Of a stretch of DNA of 64,000 nt, positions 62,793 through 64,000 are shown piece after piece. Location: the NCBI GenBank assembly GCA_010356995.1, contig ML996706.1, forward strand, positions 124,001-188,000. The letters are read 5' to 3'. Within the stretch, counting starts at the first letter, position 1. Each line of letters opens with the position of its first letter. This stretch comes from Trichodelitschia bisporula (lineage: Eukaryota). The notes beneath the pieces were generated by a model, which ran no database searches, was not told the origin of the DNA, and worked only from the letters and a program-made list of their open reading frames with translations. The translations under genes were made by a program, and so were the position numbers.

Positions 62793-64000
62793 ATGCCTTC
62801 GCATACAGTTTTTGTGTTCCCTCGGCCCAACCGCCTCATGCCGTTGGAAACACCGCTGTTACGCGTGAGCCGGCCTGTCGCTGCATGCCAGCGATGTCGT
62901 CAGGCGAAAATCAAATGCGACGGAAAGCTCCCTGCTTGCAGCGCTTGCGAACGCACCAACCGCACCTCTGAATGCTCAAGTACGAACGATCAGTTTGCCA
63001 AAGGCAAGGAGCGGAGCTATGTCGCCACTCTCGAATCCCGGGTGGAACGCCTCGAGCGCAAGATCTCCGAAGCTCGTGCTCGTCGGAAATCCTCCATTGC
63101 TCTTGCCGACTCAACTGCGGCCCGCCGTGTATCTGTGGACGCCAACAACAAGCCCAAGGACCCGCGCCTTGCTCGCCGGAAAGAGCTGTCCGATATTGAT
63201 GAGCTTGTGGCTGATTTTGGTTTTCTGTGAGTAGATGCTACCTGCCATCCAATTCATTCCCCAGGGCTGACCAGCCGGCAAGTGCTGTCAATGCCACAGC
63301 AAGAGACTTTTATGGCTTCACCAATGGCATGACATATGCGCGCCTCATCATCTCAGCATCCTCACGGGAGCTATTACCAAGTGGCATGATGAAGGAATAC
63401 CCCCCAAGCCACACTGCGCGTTCTCTGGTTCTGCACTACTTGGATGTCGTCTTCACCATGCTACCGCTGTTTGAAGAGGCGAGCATCTGGGCGTCTGTTG
63501 ACGCCGTATACAGTGACAACCCTTGGAAGGCCTCCATGTCCGATCATTGGGTTGTCCGTATGATATTGGCCATTGGTTCTCTCCTGCAGTCGCAGCAGCG
63601 TGGGGATACTCATTATTCTGACGCCATTGGCCATGTATGCGCTGCACTTGACGTTGCCGAGCAGGTCCTCCATCCAGGCTCCATTGCTAGCATCCAAGCC
63701 ATGGTACTGCTTGTCCAGTACGCAAGCCTCGATCCGGCCCATTTTGATAACTGGACGCTCATCGGTGCTGCCTCACGAATGATGGTGGACCTCGGCATGC
63801 ACCAAGATCCTTCTAAATCTGCCATGATGCTGAGGACAAAACTGGAACTTCGTAGAAGGGTGTATTGGTGTGTTTACGCTCTCGATCGGTAGGTTTTCAT
63901 GTCAGACTTCACCCGTGGTGCTTAACCGTTACAGGTCTGCCTCCATTGTCGAGAATCGCGCCTTCTCATTTTCGGATGACGCCTCCAGCGTTGCCATGCC
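62793..64000 (+). CDS. Zn(II)2Cys6 transcription factor (3' end outside window)
   Basis: RVSRPVAACQRCRQAKIKCDGKLPACSACERTNRTSEC, SYVATLESRV coiled coil, DLGMHQDP...ELRRRVYWCVYALDR; introns ~63227-63281 and ~63889-63934. Start could be 62793 or the next ATG. Confidence 0.92.

Noticed and set aside
1..64000. Transposons, RIP-degraded AT-rich blocks, tRNA, rRNA, CRISPR arrays
   Set aside because: No transposase or RT motifs, terminal repeats, AT-rich islands, cloverleafs or spacer arrays recognised; a tRNAscan-SE/RepeatMasker run would be the definitive check.

Overview
Gene-dense, intron-rich genomic DNA from a filamentous ascomycete (short GT-AG introns with CTRAC branch points; Pezizomycotina-type proteins). 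About 27 protein-coding genes, mostly housekeeping: DBP7, ASA1, TVP15, D-amino-acid oxidase, OTU protease, ULA1, GILT-like reductase, PI31, EGT1, DDB1, RPC37, 3-hydroxyisobutyrate dehydrogenase, NYV1/VAMP7, a GH7 cellobiohydrolase, a YwbE-UBZ protein, TOM20, EXO84, MTR3, ANP1, GEA/GBF1, a GH72 glucanosyltransferase, a divergent pair of Zn2Cys6 factors and three orphans. The best signal is invisible in the ORF track. The apparently empty 43.6-44.8 kb interval is a spliced non-coding host transcript with three introns. Two carry box C/D snoRNAs resembling snR55 and snR61. The third carries a ~226-nt structured C/D-box RNA that I cannot assign to a known family; its D-box guide is complementary to 18S helix 34 across the acetylated C1280 site. 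A further C/D snoRNA sits in an intron of the dehydrogenase gene. Also noted: several splice-site oddities and a G21-T-G4-T-G21 tract next to a transcription-factor start codon. No transposon, tRNA, rRNA or CRISPR array was recognised. Exon boundaries were read by eye, and rRNA targets come from remembered conserved rRNA sequence, not from a search.
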